Numbered from the stretch's first letter, positions 26,850 to 37,224 are shown. The stretch is DNA of 64,000 nucleotides from Candidatus Thorarchaeota archaeon (GCA_011364985.1 RDOC01000004.1:128001-192000), one strand, 5' to 3'. Numbers and translations are program-made. Notes: generated from the sequence alone by a model not told the origin.

Positions 26850-28760
26850 ATGAGCAATGCAAAATCCAGAATCGACAATCCTTGGCAATTTGCAAGGAGC
26901 AAGGTTGTAGACATTTTGGAGAAGGTGACACAGCTTGATCGTGAAAGTATTGCAGACAATCTTGAAACTCCACCTGATTCGTCTCTTGGTGATTTTGCTA
27001 CGACTCTCGCCTTTGGACTTGCTAAGGAGAAGAAGAAGAACCCAGCAAAGATAGCGGAGGATATTGCAAAGGAGATTTCAGAGCTAAGCAAGACCGAAGC
27101 CTTACTGACTGCGGTGAAGCAGAAGGGGCCGTATATCAATTTCTATCTCTCACGCGGGGAGCTCGCAGATTTGACAGTGAAATCTGTACTGACCATGGAA
27201 ACAGCATACGGCAATTCGGATGAGTACAAGGGACTCCGGGCACTAATTGAATCACCTGCTGTGAATCCGTCAAAGCCTTGGCACATTGGTCATGCAAGGA
27301 ACGCAGTAATTGGAGATACATTGGCAAACATGTTGGAGGCAGTTGGATATGCTGTGCTACGAATGGATTACATCAATGACTTGGGCCTTCAGATTGCTCA
27401 GCTTGTATGGAAGTTGAAGGATGCGGAAGGACCAGAATCCAATGAGAAATATGACCATTACTTGGGTCGACTCTACGTGGGTGTCAATGAGACATTTGAG
27501 TCAAACGAACGAGTTGAGGAGCAAGTTAGAGAAGTCAGCCGCAGATTAGAGGATCTCAAGTCGAAAGAGGCCAAAAGAAGCGACAAGATGGTTTCAGATT
27601 GTGTGGAGGCACAAAGTCAAACAGCATACCGATTGAACATCTATCATGATTACCATATATGGGAGAGCATGATTGCTTACAGCGGACTGCTCGAACAGGC
27701 TAAAGAGATGATGCTCAAATGTGACAACATTTTCATTCCGGATGAAGGCGATAAGAAAGATTGTGTAATAGCAGACCTGACTGCTATTGACGAGTTTAAG
27801 GACATGAAAGAACCCAACAAGGTTCTATTTAGGTCGGACGGGACACGGACCTATACGGGAGCTGACGTTGCCTTCCAGATGTGGAAGTTCGGAATAATAG
27901 AGGATCCATTCACATACAGCCTTTTTGAAGAACAGCCGAATGACAAACCAGTTTATCGTACAAAGTTTGGGGGCAAGAAACACGACCTTGGAAAGGTCAA
28001 TCTTGTTTTCAACGTAATAGGGTCTGGCCAGGCACATCCTCAAAGACTGGTATATTCCATAATGGATCTGTTGGGATACCATGAACAAGCTAAGAATTCA
28101 CACCATGTTGCCTACGAGTTTGTTGGTCTTGAAGAGGCTGATTTCTCAGGGCGAAAGGGAACATGGAGAGGATATTCCTGTGACGATGTACTAGACAAGG
28201 CAAGAGAGCTTGCCAAGAAAGAAGTGAGCAAGAGGAATCCAGATGAGAGTGATGCCTTCAAGAACCATGTTGCAGAACAGATCGGCACGGGAGCAGTCAG
28301 ATATCGCCTTCTGAATGCTTCGCCTGACAGAAGAATAACATTCAGATGGGAGGATGCCCTTGATTTCAATGGAGATGCAGCCCCCTATTTGCAGTACTCC
28401 TGTGCGAGAGCCTCAAGAATACTCGAACGCGCTGTTGAGGATGAATCAGCTGACCTATCGCTCTTGAATACCAACGAGGAATTTGCTCTAGTCAAAGCCA
28501 TAGCACGATTTCCTGAAGAAGTCCTTGGTGTGATCCAGGGCATGACAAAGCAGGTTTGGGGAACAAGTTTCAGCACCAACAGAATGACAGCATATTGCTA
28601 TAATCTAGCAACTTTGTTCAGTCGATTCTATGATTCATGCCCCGTGTTAAAGTCCGAACCAGATTTCAGAGCCGCACGGCTTCAGCTTGTACAAGCTTTC
28701 AGAATAACCATGAGCAACTGCCTACGTCTTCTGGGAATTCCAGTGGTAGAAAGAATGTGA
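26850..28760 (+). CDS. argS: arginine--tRNA ligase
   Basis: NPSKPWHIGHARN, SGRKG, PYLQY, C-terminal ERM. Confidence 0.96.
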   Translation: MSNAKSRIDNPWQFARSKVVDILEKVTQLDRESIADNLETPPDSSLGDFATTLAFGLAKEKKKNPAKIAEDIAKEISELSKTEALLTAVKQKGPYINFYLSRGELADLTVKSVLTMETAYGNSDEYKGLRALIESPAVNPSKPWHIGHARNAVIGDTLANMLEAVGYAVLRMDYINDLGLQIAQLVWKLKDAEGPESNEKYDHYLGRLYVGVNETFESNERVEEQVREVSRRLEDLKSKEAKRSDKMVSDCVEAQSQTAYRLNIYHDYHIWESMIAYSGLLEQAKEMMLKCDNIFIPDEGDKKDCVIADLTAIDEFKDMKEPNKVLFRSDGTRTYTGADVAFQMWKFGIIEDPFTYSLFEEQPNDKPVYRTKFGGKKHDLGKVNLVFNVIGSGQAHPQRLVYSIMDLLGYHEQAKNSHHVAYEFVGLEEADFSGRKGTWRGYSCDDVLDKARELAKKEVSKRNPDESDAFKNHVAEQIGTGAVRYRLLNASPDRRITFRWEDALDFNGDAAPYLQYSCARASRILERAVEDESADLSLLNTNEEFALVKAIARFPEEVLGVIQGMTKQVWGTSFSTNRMTAYCYNLATLFSRFYDSCPVLKSEPDFRAARLQLVQAFRITMSNCLRLLGIPVVERM

Positions 28761-30110
28761 TTAACCAGACGTGATCTTGGCGCTCTCAATGACAATGGAC
28801 GGGGCAATCACACTGCCAATTGATCGTGTGTCCCCACCGATTCTTGTTGCACGCAAAAGGACGTCGCGCATGTTGATGCCAATTAGCGTGTTCTTCAGAG
28901 AATGCTGAATCTCGCCATTCTCAAAATAGAGCCCCTCCATCACCATAGCACTTAGGTCTCCAGTAGTCATATTCGGACGGTCACCTGTGTTTCGGCAGAT
29001 AATGCCCCTCTCTGTTTCTTCAACCAAATCGTCAAGGCTTCCTTTTCCTTCAGATATTACAAAGTTGGAGGAGGAGATTGAGGGTGTGCCTGCATATGAG
29101 GGTCTACTAGCATTGGCCGTATTTTCTACATGCTCTTTGTTTGCAGTATACGAGTTGTGAAGAAGTCCCTTTAGAACTCCTTCAACAAGAACTTCAGTTC
29201 TTTGTGATGACACACCCTCGCAGTCGAAGGCGCGTGTCCCTAGGCCACCGGGAAGGAGACCATCATCCACGATTTCCAACTTGTCCGATGCGATCTCTTC
29301 GCCAATTGCATCGGCGATATATGACCGGCCATATTGAACCTCTTCAGCATTCACTGCTCCGGCAAATCCCTGACCAATGATGGTGCCGACAGCAAGCGGA
29401 GCAAGAATCACAGGCAAGTCATCACTCTTGATGATTTTTCCGCCAAGATTTCCGATCGCGTTGTGTGCAGAAGTGTATCCTATCCATTCAGGATCGATTT
29501 CAGAAAGATTTCTGGTCAGCTGGAATTCGTAGCTCGAAGTCTGATCTGTGCCTTCCTTTACAGTCGGATAGGTGTAGAGCCAAAGGGTAGTACCTCTTGC
29601 AGATCCTGCTATCCCAAGTGAGTTTACAATTGCTCTAAAATCTGATGAGGCAATAAGACGTGCTTCAATCGCCATCTTCATTTCCGAAAGCTCATTCTTT
29701 GTAGCATCAACTGCACGAAGAATAAGGGATGCTGCTTCCTCAGAAGAGAGCTGGTTGATCTTTTCATCAAAGAGCCCAGACACAGTAGGGTATCTCCCTC
29801 CAGATCTTGGCAGGCTTTCAAAGTCAGGGTCCTCTATTGAGGAGCGAGCTAGACGGACTGACTTCTCTGCTGCTTCAGATATATCCTCATCTTGAAGTGT
29901 TGTGACGTAGGCAAATCCAATTCCTTTTCCGATTACAGAGCGGATTCCACAACCTGCATCCCTCTTGTTTCGTGCCGACTTAATTGCGTTGTTTTGGACA
30001 TCGATGGAGAATGACTTCGAAGAGCCAATATAGACCTCTGCTTGCTCAGCACCAAGAGCCTCTGCCTTCTTGATGGCACTTTCAGCCAAGTCAAGTAATT
30101 GGGATTCCAT
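28761..30110 (-). CDS. pmbA: PmbA/TldE family protein
   Basis: FDCEG, TANASR, no HExxxH; paired with tldD. Confidence 0.9.
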   Translation of the reverse strand: MESQLLDLAESAIKKAEALGAEQAEVYIGSSKSFSIDVQNNAIKSARNKRDAGCGIRSVIGKGIGFAYVTTLQDEDISEAAEKSVRLARSSIEDPDFESLPRSGGRYPTVSGLFDEKINQLSSEEAASLILRAVDATKNELSEMKMAIEARLIASSDFRAIVNSLGIAGSARGTTLWLYTYPTVKEGTDQTSSYEFQLTRNLSEIDPEWIGYTSAHNAIGNLGGKIIKSDDLPVILAPLAVGTIIGQGFAGAVNAEEVQYGRSYIADAIGEEIASDKLEIVDDGLLPGGLGTRAFDCEGVSSQRTEVLVEGVLKGLLHNSYTANKEHVENTANASRPSYAGTPSISSSNFVISEGKGSLDDLVEETERGIICRNTGDRPNMTTGDLSAMVMEGLYFENGEIQHSLKNTLIGINMRDVLLRATRIGGDTRSIGSVIAPSIVIESAKITSG

Positions 30111-31496
30111 TTACATACCCCCAACTGGTACTTGACGGATTCTTGCATGTGGACCACCACTATTGTCCGGTACCATCTGACCATCCTTTCTACATGTGCC
30201 GGCTTCCATTTCAAAATCCTTTGCTACTGCATCGATCTTCGGCAAAATGTCCAAAATCTGCCCAGCCAGAGAAACATCCCGAACCATTTGTCCAATCTCG
30301 CCGTTCTCAATTAGATAGCCATGACTCGCCTGAAACATAAACTGGCCCTTGGAAGGTTCTGTATAACCATAGTTGAAATTGCATAGCAACATACCAGTTC
30401 CCATGTCCTGCATAAGTTCATCAACATCCCAATCGCCTGGTTCCATCATCGTGTTTGACATCCTTGGGAGGGGCTCGAACATAAACGACTGGGCTCTTCC
30501 AGCACCATTGGGCTCCATGCCCAAGCGTGATGCGGTTTCAAGTGTATGTAGTAATTCTCTAAGAATTCCGCCCTTGACAAGTAAACGTTTCTTAGTCTTT
30601 GTTCCCTCCCAGTCGAACTCATAAGTGCCTCTCTGTCCCTCCATTGTGGGATCATCGCTGAGGTTCAGATGTCCGGGACCGACCATTTTCCCGAGTTTGT
30701 CTTCTAAAACAGTGGTGTGTGCAGGCCAATTATCGGCTTCACATGCATGCCCAAACGCTTCATGAACCATAACTCCATTGAGAACTGGGTCCACTATGAC
30801 ATCATATGTCCCACCTTTTGCGGCAACAGAAGAAAGTAGGTCAATGGCGTTCCTTGCTGATTCTTCCCCTAGATTCTGAGGCCGCTCAAGGCTGTAGACT
30901 TCAAAACCACCACGAATCCCGAAGGACTTGAATGATCTTTGACGACTGCTACCGTCCTTGGCAGTTGATACTGATATCACTCTTGGAAGTGAGTTCTCCA
31001 TCCAAACACTTGTCCCAAATGAGTTTGCTGTATATCTCTCAGTCCATAAGTCTCCATAGACTGTTCGCGTGTTCACAATCCTTTTGTCAAAGCTTCGTGC
31101 TTGGTCATTAATCATCTTAACATAAGCCATCTTCTCTTCAAATGTGACATCCGCAAAGGGCACCTTGACCTTGAATCGAACCCTGTCTTTGAAGACTGGA
31201 CCTTCCATCTCAAACTTCTCAGCAACCTTGGTCTTTGTTGCAAGGGCCAATTTGCCAACAGATTCTCCCGTTTCTCTCATACCACCAGTAGTTAGATCGG
31301 TGGTCTGTGCAAAAGCCCATGCGCCATCAATGAAAGCGCGGATTCCAGCTCCTTTCAGCCTTGACGCAAGAGAATCCTTCGAAACGCCATCAGTGATTTC
31401 GATGATTGTTGTCACTGTATTCTCGATTCGTACATCAGCGAAGGTTGCTCCAACATCAAGAGCAGCATCAATGGCAGCTTGAGCAAGGTCTTCCAT
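30111..31496 (-). CDS. tldD: TldD family metalloprotease
   Basis: HEAFGHACEAD, PRMSNT, C-terminal CRKDGQ. Confidence 0.92.
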   Translation of the reverse strand: MEDLAQAAIDAALDVGATFADVRIENTVTTIIEITDGVSKDSLASRLKGAGIRAFIDGAWAFAQTTDLTTGGMRETGESVGKLALATKTKVAEKFEMEGPVFKDRVRFKVKVPFADVTFEEKMAYVKMINDQARSFDKRIVNTRTVYGDLWTERYTANSFGTSVWMENSLPRVISVSTAKDGSSRQRSFKSFGIRGGFEVYSLERPQNLGEESARNAIDLLSSVAAKGGTYDVIVDPVLNGVMVHEAFGHACEADNWPAHTTVLEDKLGKMVGPGHLNLSDDPTMEGQRGTYEFDWEGTKTKKRLLVKGGILRELLHTLETASRLGMEPNGAGRAQSFMFEPLPRMSNTMMEPGDWDVDELMQDMGTGMLLCNFNYGYTEPSKGQFMFQASHGYLIENGEIGQMVRDVSLAGQILDILPKIDAVAKDFEMEAGTCRKDGQMVPDNSGGPHARIRQVPVGGM

Positions 31497-31677
31497 GGAA
31501 AAATCCCCTCTGAAGTTGAACAATGCGGCTTTCTATTCGATTATAACTTATGCGGACAGGGAAATTTTGCCAGCAGCATGTCTGAAAGAATTCTGAAAGG
31601 CATAAAGGTACTAATACCGAGGTTATACACACGTTATTCTGTGATATGTCAGTCATCATTACAATGGAGGAAGCTAC

Positions 31678-33234
31678 GTGAGCCTAGATTCTGCACATCT
31701 GTGTTGTCAAAAATGCAATCAGAACAGAGCCAGTCATCTCTGTGAAGATTGCGGGAGCATTTTTTGCAACACCTGCATAGAAAGCAGAAACAACGATTAC
31801 ATGATGTGCAAGGACTGTCACTACCCAATTGATAACTCTTCTCAAGGAGAAGAGATTCTAGAGTGCCCCGAGTGTGGTTCCAAAAATCTAACTAAAGCGC
31901 GAAGAACCGAGGATATCTGCCCTCAATGCCATTCTGGTAAAATCACATTAGTGGAGGAAAAGAGGCGTTCACTTGCACAAGAAATGCGCCATGCTGTGAT
32001 GACACTGCATTATGGTCCTACTAAACTAAAGGAATTCGGGAATAGACTTGATTCTGCAAAGAGAACTCTCGTATCATTGCGGATGGCAAATTTTCTGCAT
32101 TATCATTGGCTCGAAGATAAGCTCGAGGAGATTCAAGAAGAACTTCCAGCCATTAAGAATAGAATCACCAATCAAGGAGAGATAATCGCGAAACGAATGG
32201 CTGCAGAAACAAAGGGACTTATGGATTATAATCGATGGACGCCTGACCAGTTCCCTTTCATTGAAGGGGTTACAAATAGAATATCAGAGATCGGAAGGCA
32301 GTACAAGCAGAATACAGATGATGCATTTCAGGATTGTAAGGCGAAGCTGAAGGAACTTGTCGAACAGCTGGATGGCCTCAATTTCTATCGATCAGAATTC
32401 TCGGCCTTCTATGAACATGTAGACCTATCTGTGGGCGAGCTTCCTGTTTGCGCACTGCCCGAAGTCAAGGTTATCGGTAGTGACTTTTTGAAACACGACA
32501 AAGCATCTGGAACGCTCTATATGACAAATAAGCGGTTGATACTCATTGCAGAAAGAGGCCTTCTCTGGAAGAACACAGGACCAGTATTTGACTTCCCCTT
32601 AATTTACCTGAACAGTCTTGAAGAAGATGGGAGATTCAGAAAAAAGCTTGTCCTAAGAATGAAGCAGGGATATATCCGAATATCCTGCAGTGAGGAGACT
32701 ATGGAGGTCCTTCCGGATTATGTGTCAATTGCAAAAAGATTCGACAAGTACGTGCAAAAAGATATGCAGAGAGTCCGAAAGATTGAGCAAGCCAACGTCA
32801 ATATCAGCGATGTAAGAATGAAGATAGAGAGTCTGGTCTACTCCCTTTTGACAGGAGATTTGGATTCTGGATACTACGGAGGACGTATAGATTCATTTGA
32901 ATATCGTCCGGACATCAGGCATGGTGAACGTGGCCATTATGGAAGTGATTATGGCCGCCAAGATGTGCTGAAAGAAGAACTGAACAGAAGATTTGGCCTT
33001 GGAGGAAATGGCAGCGATGCATCTCAATATGAATATGCTAGTTCCATTGACTCTTTGAAGAGGAGTGCCATAGAAATCCAAGATGCAATCCACGACACCA
33101 TCCGTATGATGAGAAGCGGTCACCTTGTTGCGGAGGACTTCATTCGAAGATATCGTGGACTTGTTAGAGACTCATACGAAACCCAAAAGCAGATTGAACG
33201 AATTGATAGAACGAAACACGGATATGGTTGGTAG
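31678..33234 (+). CDS. ESCRT-locus protein: B-box/zinc ribbons + coiled coil + PH(GLUE/GRAM)-like domain + C-terminal steadiness-box-like helical hairpin
   Basis: multiple CxxC pairs; GTLYMTNKRLILI PH-like strand; IQDAIHDTIRMMRSGHLVAEDFIRRYRGLVRD resembles the Vps23/Vps37 steadiness box. Confidence 0.65.
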   Translation: MSLDSAHLCCQKCNQNRASHLCEDCGSIFCNTCIESRNNDYMMCKDCHYPIDNSSQGEEILECPECGSKNLTKARRTEDICPQCHSGKITLVEEKRRSLAQEMRHAVMTLHYGPTKLKEFGNRLDSAKRTLVSLRMANFLHYHWLEDKLEEIQEELPAIKNRITNQGEIIAKRMAAETKGLMDYNRWTPDQFPFIEGVTNRISEIGRQYKQNTDDAFQDCKAKLKELVEQLDGLNFYRSEFSAFYEHVDLSVGELPVCALPEVKVIGSDFLKHDKASGTLYMTNKRLILIAERGLLWKNTGPVFDFPLIYLNSLEEDGRFRKKLVLRMKQGYIRISCSEETMEVLPDYVSIAKRFDKYVQKDMQRVRKIEQANVNISDVRMKIESLVYSLLTGDLDSGYYGGRIDSFEYRPDIRHGERGHYGSDYGRQDVLKEELNRRFGLGGNGSDASQYEYASSIDSLKRSAIEIQDAIHDTIRMMRSGHLVAEDFIRRYRGLVRDSYETQKQIERIDRTKHGYGW

Positions 33235-33855
33235 TTATATACCTAGTTCTTTCTCTAGTTCCTTAATATCTTCCTCAAGCGTACCTATATCTGTGTCAGC
33301 TGTCATTTCGGCAGTTCTTTCTGCCAGCCCTGCCTCAACATCGAGCTCATGCATTGCCGTGGTGAGGTCCTCTGAGGAAACATCCATTGACGCATCAAGG
33401 GCATCTGATGATATGCTGCTTTCAATTTCAAGCTCCTCAAGACGCCGGGAAATCTCATCAGCATTCTCTACTAATCTTGTGGCTTCAGTTGCGTCACCGA
33501 GCATCCCAAGCAGCTTTGCCACTTCCTGAAGCGCAATATTCGTTTTGGCTGATGTTTGGGCACGGTTTAGATGTGCAAGAATCTTAAGAATCTGGAGCCT
33601 AGATTTGTCAAAGGACAAGGCAAGTCGTCGGAAGCGAATCATCTCTGTGGCATAGGTTTTGAACGCTTCACCTTGACCAGCCTTTCTGGCTCTTATGGCC
33701 CGAGCTCTTGTCTCGCCCTCCTCTTTCTCAAGCTTGTTTCGTTCACGTGCAAGCTGCTTTGCCAAGATTCGTAGTTGACTAGAGATTTCTCCAACGTCGG
33801 GTTTTTTACGCCCCCAGGAGAAGGCCTTTCTAAACGAACTCAAGAGTTTCACCAC
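33235..33855 (-). CDS. ESCRT-III subunit, Vps2/24/46 (CHMP1-3) class
   Basis: LARERNKLEKEE...KAGQGEAFKTYATEMIRFRR; acidic C-terminal half with a MIM1-like helix. Confidence 0.85.
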   Translation of the reverse strand: MVKLLSSFRKAFSWGRKKPDVGEISSQLRILAKQLARERNKLEKEEGETRARAIRARKAGQGEAFKTYATEMIRFRRLALSFDKSRLQILKILAHLNRAQTSAKTNIALQEVAKLLGMLGDATEATRLVENADEISRRLEELEIESSISSDALDASMDVSSEDLTTAMHELDVEAGLAERTAEMTADTDIGTLEEDIKELEKELGI

Positions 33856-34034
33856 ATACCGAACTGGACGAACAAGACTAGAAGTAATGCTTCTCGTTTA
33901 AACCTTCGTAGAGCTGCTTATCCTCCTTATACGAATCTGCACCTTGCATATTAAGATTAGCGCAGATTGTGGCGTCTAGGAACAGGTTTAGAAAGCTTTT
34001 CGAAGATATCACTGATAACAGAGTGTGATTAGTC

Positions 34035-34283
34035 ATGGCATATGGAGCAGAGAGTGCAGCTATTGCGGCACAACATACGAGTTCCTACCGAGTCAAGTTC
34101 GAGAGAAACGAATTCCTAGAGCTGGTGCAAATAGCACAGCCGCAAATCATCTATCATGTGCGAAGAATGCATTTCTTTGCATACGATGGCTTTGTCATGT
34201 ATACCTTCGAGTGCGAGTCTGAGGATTTCAGCCAGAAAGTGATGCATGCCATCGAATTCTCAAATATGGCGTGGAGGGAATAA
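34035..34283 (+). CDS. small hypothetical protein
   Basis: 82-aa ORF, preceded by an SD-like GTGA, between ESCRT-III and vps4. Confidence 0.55.
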   Translation: MAYGAESAAIAAQHTSSYRVKFERNEFLELVQIAQPQIIYHVRRMHFFAYDGFVMYTFECESEDFSQKVMHAIEFSNMAWRE

Positions 34284-34430
34284 CTAGCAGCCGATACGAT
34301 GGTCAGCGGAAGCAAGTACATCTTTGCGTTACTGTGTAATCATTGAACCATTACGCGCTCAGAATGAAATTGGGAAGAAAGTGGTAAGAGAAGTTATTAA
34401 CATGGATTTATCTCATTATTCTGAACAGGA

Positions 34431-35648
34431 ATGTCTGATAGACTAGACCAAGGACTCAGGAACCTCCTTAACAAAGCAATTGATCTTGATAGAAGAGGAA
34501 TGGCAAAGGAGGCTGCCCAATACTATCTAAAGGCTAGCAAGATCTTGATCAAGCTCTCAAACGCGGCTTCATTGCCGTCTATACAGAAGCACTATCTTGA
34601 TAGAGCGCAGGAGTGCGTTGATAGGGTCCGTTACATCTCAGGCATAAAGAAGAAGGCTAGAGGGCTAAGAAACGGGCTTACGACCCCAGTATCCCCAATG
34701 CCACATTCAGAATCCGAGGCAGTTGCTGAGCACGCTCCGCAGGCAGATGCGGAAGTTGATGAAGACACTCGTAGGCTTCAGGAGATGATATCTGATACCA
34801 TTATCTCGGAGAAGCCCAATATCAAGATGAGTGAAGTGGCTGGACTTGAGAAGGCGAAACAGGCAATTCATGACGCAATTATAGCACCTATGAAGCATCC
34901 TGAACTCTTCAAGGGCAAGGCAAGACAACCATGGAGAGGTATTTTATTTTACGGGCCAGCAGGTTGCGGAAAGACCCTGATAGCTAAAGCTGTTGCGTCT
35001 GAAATTGATGCGACTTTCTTCAATGTATCAGCGGGTAATATTGTTAGCAAGTGGTTGGGAGAATCAGAGAAATTGGTGATGAATCTCTTTGATTTGGCAA
35101 GAAGAAGCCAGCCGGCGATCATTTTCATGGATGAGCTCGATTCAGTTGGAGTATCAAGATCAGGAGATGATGTAGGAGGAGAAAGAAGGCTGAAGACTCA
35201 GCTGCTTACGGAACTCCAGGGTCTTGAAAGCGATCCAGAGGAGAGAATAACCGTCATAGGTGCTACAAATCTGCCATGGGAACTTGACTTTGCCTTACGG
35301 TCTCGATTTGAGAAGAAGATTCAAGTTCCACTTCCGGACAATGAGGCAAGGACACACATCTTTGAAATACATATGGAAGAGGTCAAAATTGCTCCAGAAG
35401 TCGATTATGAGGAATTGGCGGACCTAAGCGAGGGTTATAGCGGCCGCGAGATTAGCGTCGTCTGTAGAGAGGCGGCAATGGAGCCCATAAGAGATCTGCA
35501 GCGTACAGGCAGACTAGATGACGGAGAGGTAATACTAGAGGTGCGCCCTGTTTCAAGAGAAGATTTTCTTGAGGCCATTGAAGACATCCGTCCAGCAACC
35601 TCACCAGAAGACTTGAGAAGATACACCGATTGGGCGGAGGGGTCCTAG
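34431..35648 (+). CDS. vps4: Vps4 AAA ATPase with MIT domain
   Basis: MIT helices; VAGLEKAK, PWRGILFYGPAGCGKT, SKWLGESEK, DELD, ATNLPWELD. Confidence 0.93.
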   Translation: MSDRLDQGLRNLLNKAIDLDRRGMAKEAAQYYLKASKILIKLSNAASLPSIQKHYLDRAQECVDRVRYISGIKKKARGLRNGLTTPVSPMPHSESEAVAEHAPQADAEVDEDTRRLQEMISDTIISEKPNIKMSEVAGLEKAKQAIHDAIIAPMKHPELFKGKARQPWRGILFYGPAGCGKTLIAKAVASEIDATFFNVSAGNIVSKWLGESEKLVMNLFDLARRSQPAIIFMDELDSVGVSRSGDDVGGERRLKTQLLTELQGLESDPEERITVIGATNLPWELDFALRSRFEKKIQVPLPDNEARTHIFEIHMEEVKIAPEVDYEELADLSEGYSGREISVVCREAAMEPIRDLQRTGRLDDGEVILEVRPVSREDFLEAIEDIRPATSPEDLRRYTDWAEGS

Positions 35649-35651
35649 GCT

Positions 35652-36371
35652 GTGGACGTCAAGGAACGACGTAGAGAGCGAAAAAACACAAAGTCAGCAG
35701 AAGAAGAACGACCAAGAAAGACCGAAGGAGAGACCATAGAAAAGGAGGAGAAGACAGGAGATCAATCCAGTACGATCATGGCACTAACGGAAAGAACAAC
35801 CCAGGCCACTCAGCGCCAGCTTGAAATACTGCCCACCGAAACCGTTGTGGAGGAGATCGATGAAGAGATACTACTCCCAGACTGGGGAGACATCACTCAA
35901 AGCGAATGGATGTATAGTATTCCGGACAGAGAAAAAGACAAACCAATGTGGGCAGAGGAATGGAGCGACTTTCTCTTGGAGTGGACAAAGAAAAAACACA
36001 TTCACGTGATTTCTGTTTCCTTGTTCCTCAGCGAGCCACCTTTCAAAGACATTGCTGGGAAGGTAGATTCGTTTCGATGCATCGGTGAAGTTCTTGTAAA
36101 GAAGGAAATTGCCGAATGGCTGGATAAGAATCGACGACAGCTTCGAGTCTATTGGAGATTTCTAGAAGAGTGGGCAGATTCTGTTTATCGATGGGCACTG
36201 GAAAGCGGGACAGTTCGACTTGATGTGAAGTCAATAGTAATTCAAGAAGAGGCCCAAGCATTTTCGAATCTTCCAGAGAGAGACCTCCATATCATCATGA
36301 CACTCCTCGTAGAGAAACAACTGGCGGAATGGATTGACAAGAAGAAAGGTGCTATCAAAATCCTACTTTGA
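35652..36371 (+). CDS. vps25: ESCRT-II Vps25 (EAP20)-like protein
   Basis: WAEEWSDFLLEW...AEWLDK...VYWRFLEEWADSVYRWA tandem winged-helix pattern; charged N-terminal extension. Confidence 0.82.
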   Translation: MDVKERRRERKNTKSAEEERPRKTEGETIEKEEKTGDQSSTIMALTERTTQATQRQLEILPTETVVEEIDEEILLPDWGDITQSEWMYSIPDREKDKPMWAEEWSDFLLEWTKKKHIHVISVSLFLSEPPFKDIAGKVDSFRCIGEVLVKKEIAEWLDKNRRQLRVYWRFLEEWADSVYRWALESGTVRLDVKSIVIQEEAQAFSNLPERDLHIIMTLLVEKQLAEWIDKKKGAIKILL

Positions 36372-36411
36372 ACGGCAGTAGCCGAAGATTGCTGTGTGGC
36401 ATGCTGCTATG

Positions 36412-37224
36412 TCATTTGGCAATATGACCATCTTGGCTATCACGTGCCCTCAAGCCTGGGAAATAGTACCGCCCACCAGTGGAGAATTTGATATCTGCGA
36501 CAGCCATGCCTGCGTCAACAAGACTAGACAGGACCCTTCGAGCATGATCCTCAGACCATTTCAGTTTGATCATGACTTCTTCAACTGAAACATAGCCCTT
36601 GGAAGCCGCCAGATTAACCACATCGCTTTGATCTTCTCGTAACTCAAGAGGGCGTAATTCGACAACTTTCACGCCACCTTTTAGAACACGAATTCCAGGG
36701 ATTAGACCATGATCGGAAACCCGATTGACAGCCTCGATCACATCGCTGTAGCTCACACCCTTTATCTCCGGCAATCGTTTCACAACTTCCACGATTAAGT
36801 CAGCCAGCCCCATTAGCCCCTTTGAAGCATTTGCAGTGGCAACATCAAGTATTGCAAGTCCTATGAAATCATAATACTCGTCTTGCGTCAATCCATGATG
36901 AAAAAGGACTCCCTGCCTACGGTCCATATTTAGCATCCGAATAGCGTCAGGAAACCGCTCATACACGCGTTCTGTATCCAAGAACGCTGTAATGCTCATG
37001 CCAGTCCGTCGCAATTCAGCAATACTTGACTTGAGTTCCATAACAAGTGCTTCGGACTCTCGTTGAAAGGACCTAATGTCAACTACACCCATGTCGTACA
37101 TCTTCCTAAGCTGATCAAGAGTAGCAAGTGATGCGTAGAACTCGGTTTGTAGTCGGCTTTGCATGGGTTGGAATCCCTTCATTCCTATGGCTGACCCAGA
37201 CTGGGCATACCAAGGGATGAGCAA
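36412..37224 (-). CDS. Vps28 N-terminal-like domain fused to EAP30 (Vps22/Vps36) winged-helix domains
   Basis: TEFYASLATLDQLRKMYDMGVVD...FPDAIRML (Vps28-N-like); YYDFIG...DVIEAV...PLELREDQ..V...GYVS...LKW...YYFPGL (EAP30); start may be 37182 or 37164. Confidence 0.78.
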   Translation of the reverse strand: MLIPWYAQSGSAIGMKGFQPMQSRLQTEFYASLATLDQLRKMYDMGVVDIRSFQRESEALVMELKSSIAELRRTGMSITAFLDTERVYERFPDAIRMLNMDRRQGVLFHHGLTQDEYYDFIGLAILDVATANASKGLMGLADLIVEVVKRLPEIKGVSYSDVIEAVNRVSDHGLIPGIRVLKGGVKVVELRPLELREDQSDVVNLAASKGYVSVEEVMIKLKWSEDHARRVLSSLVDAGMAVADIKFSTGGRYYFPGLRARDSQDGHIAK

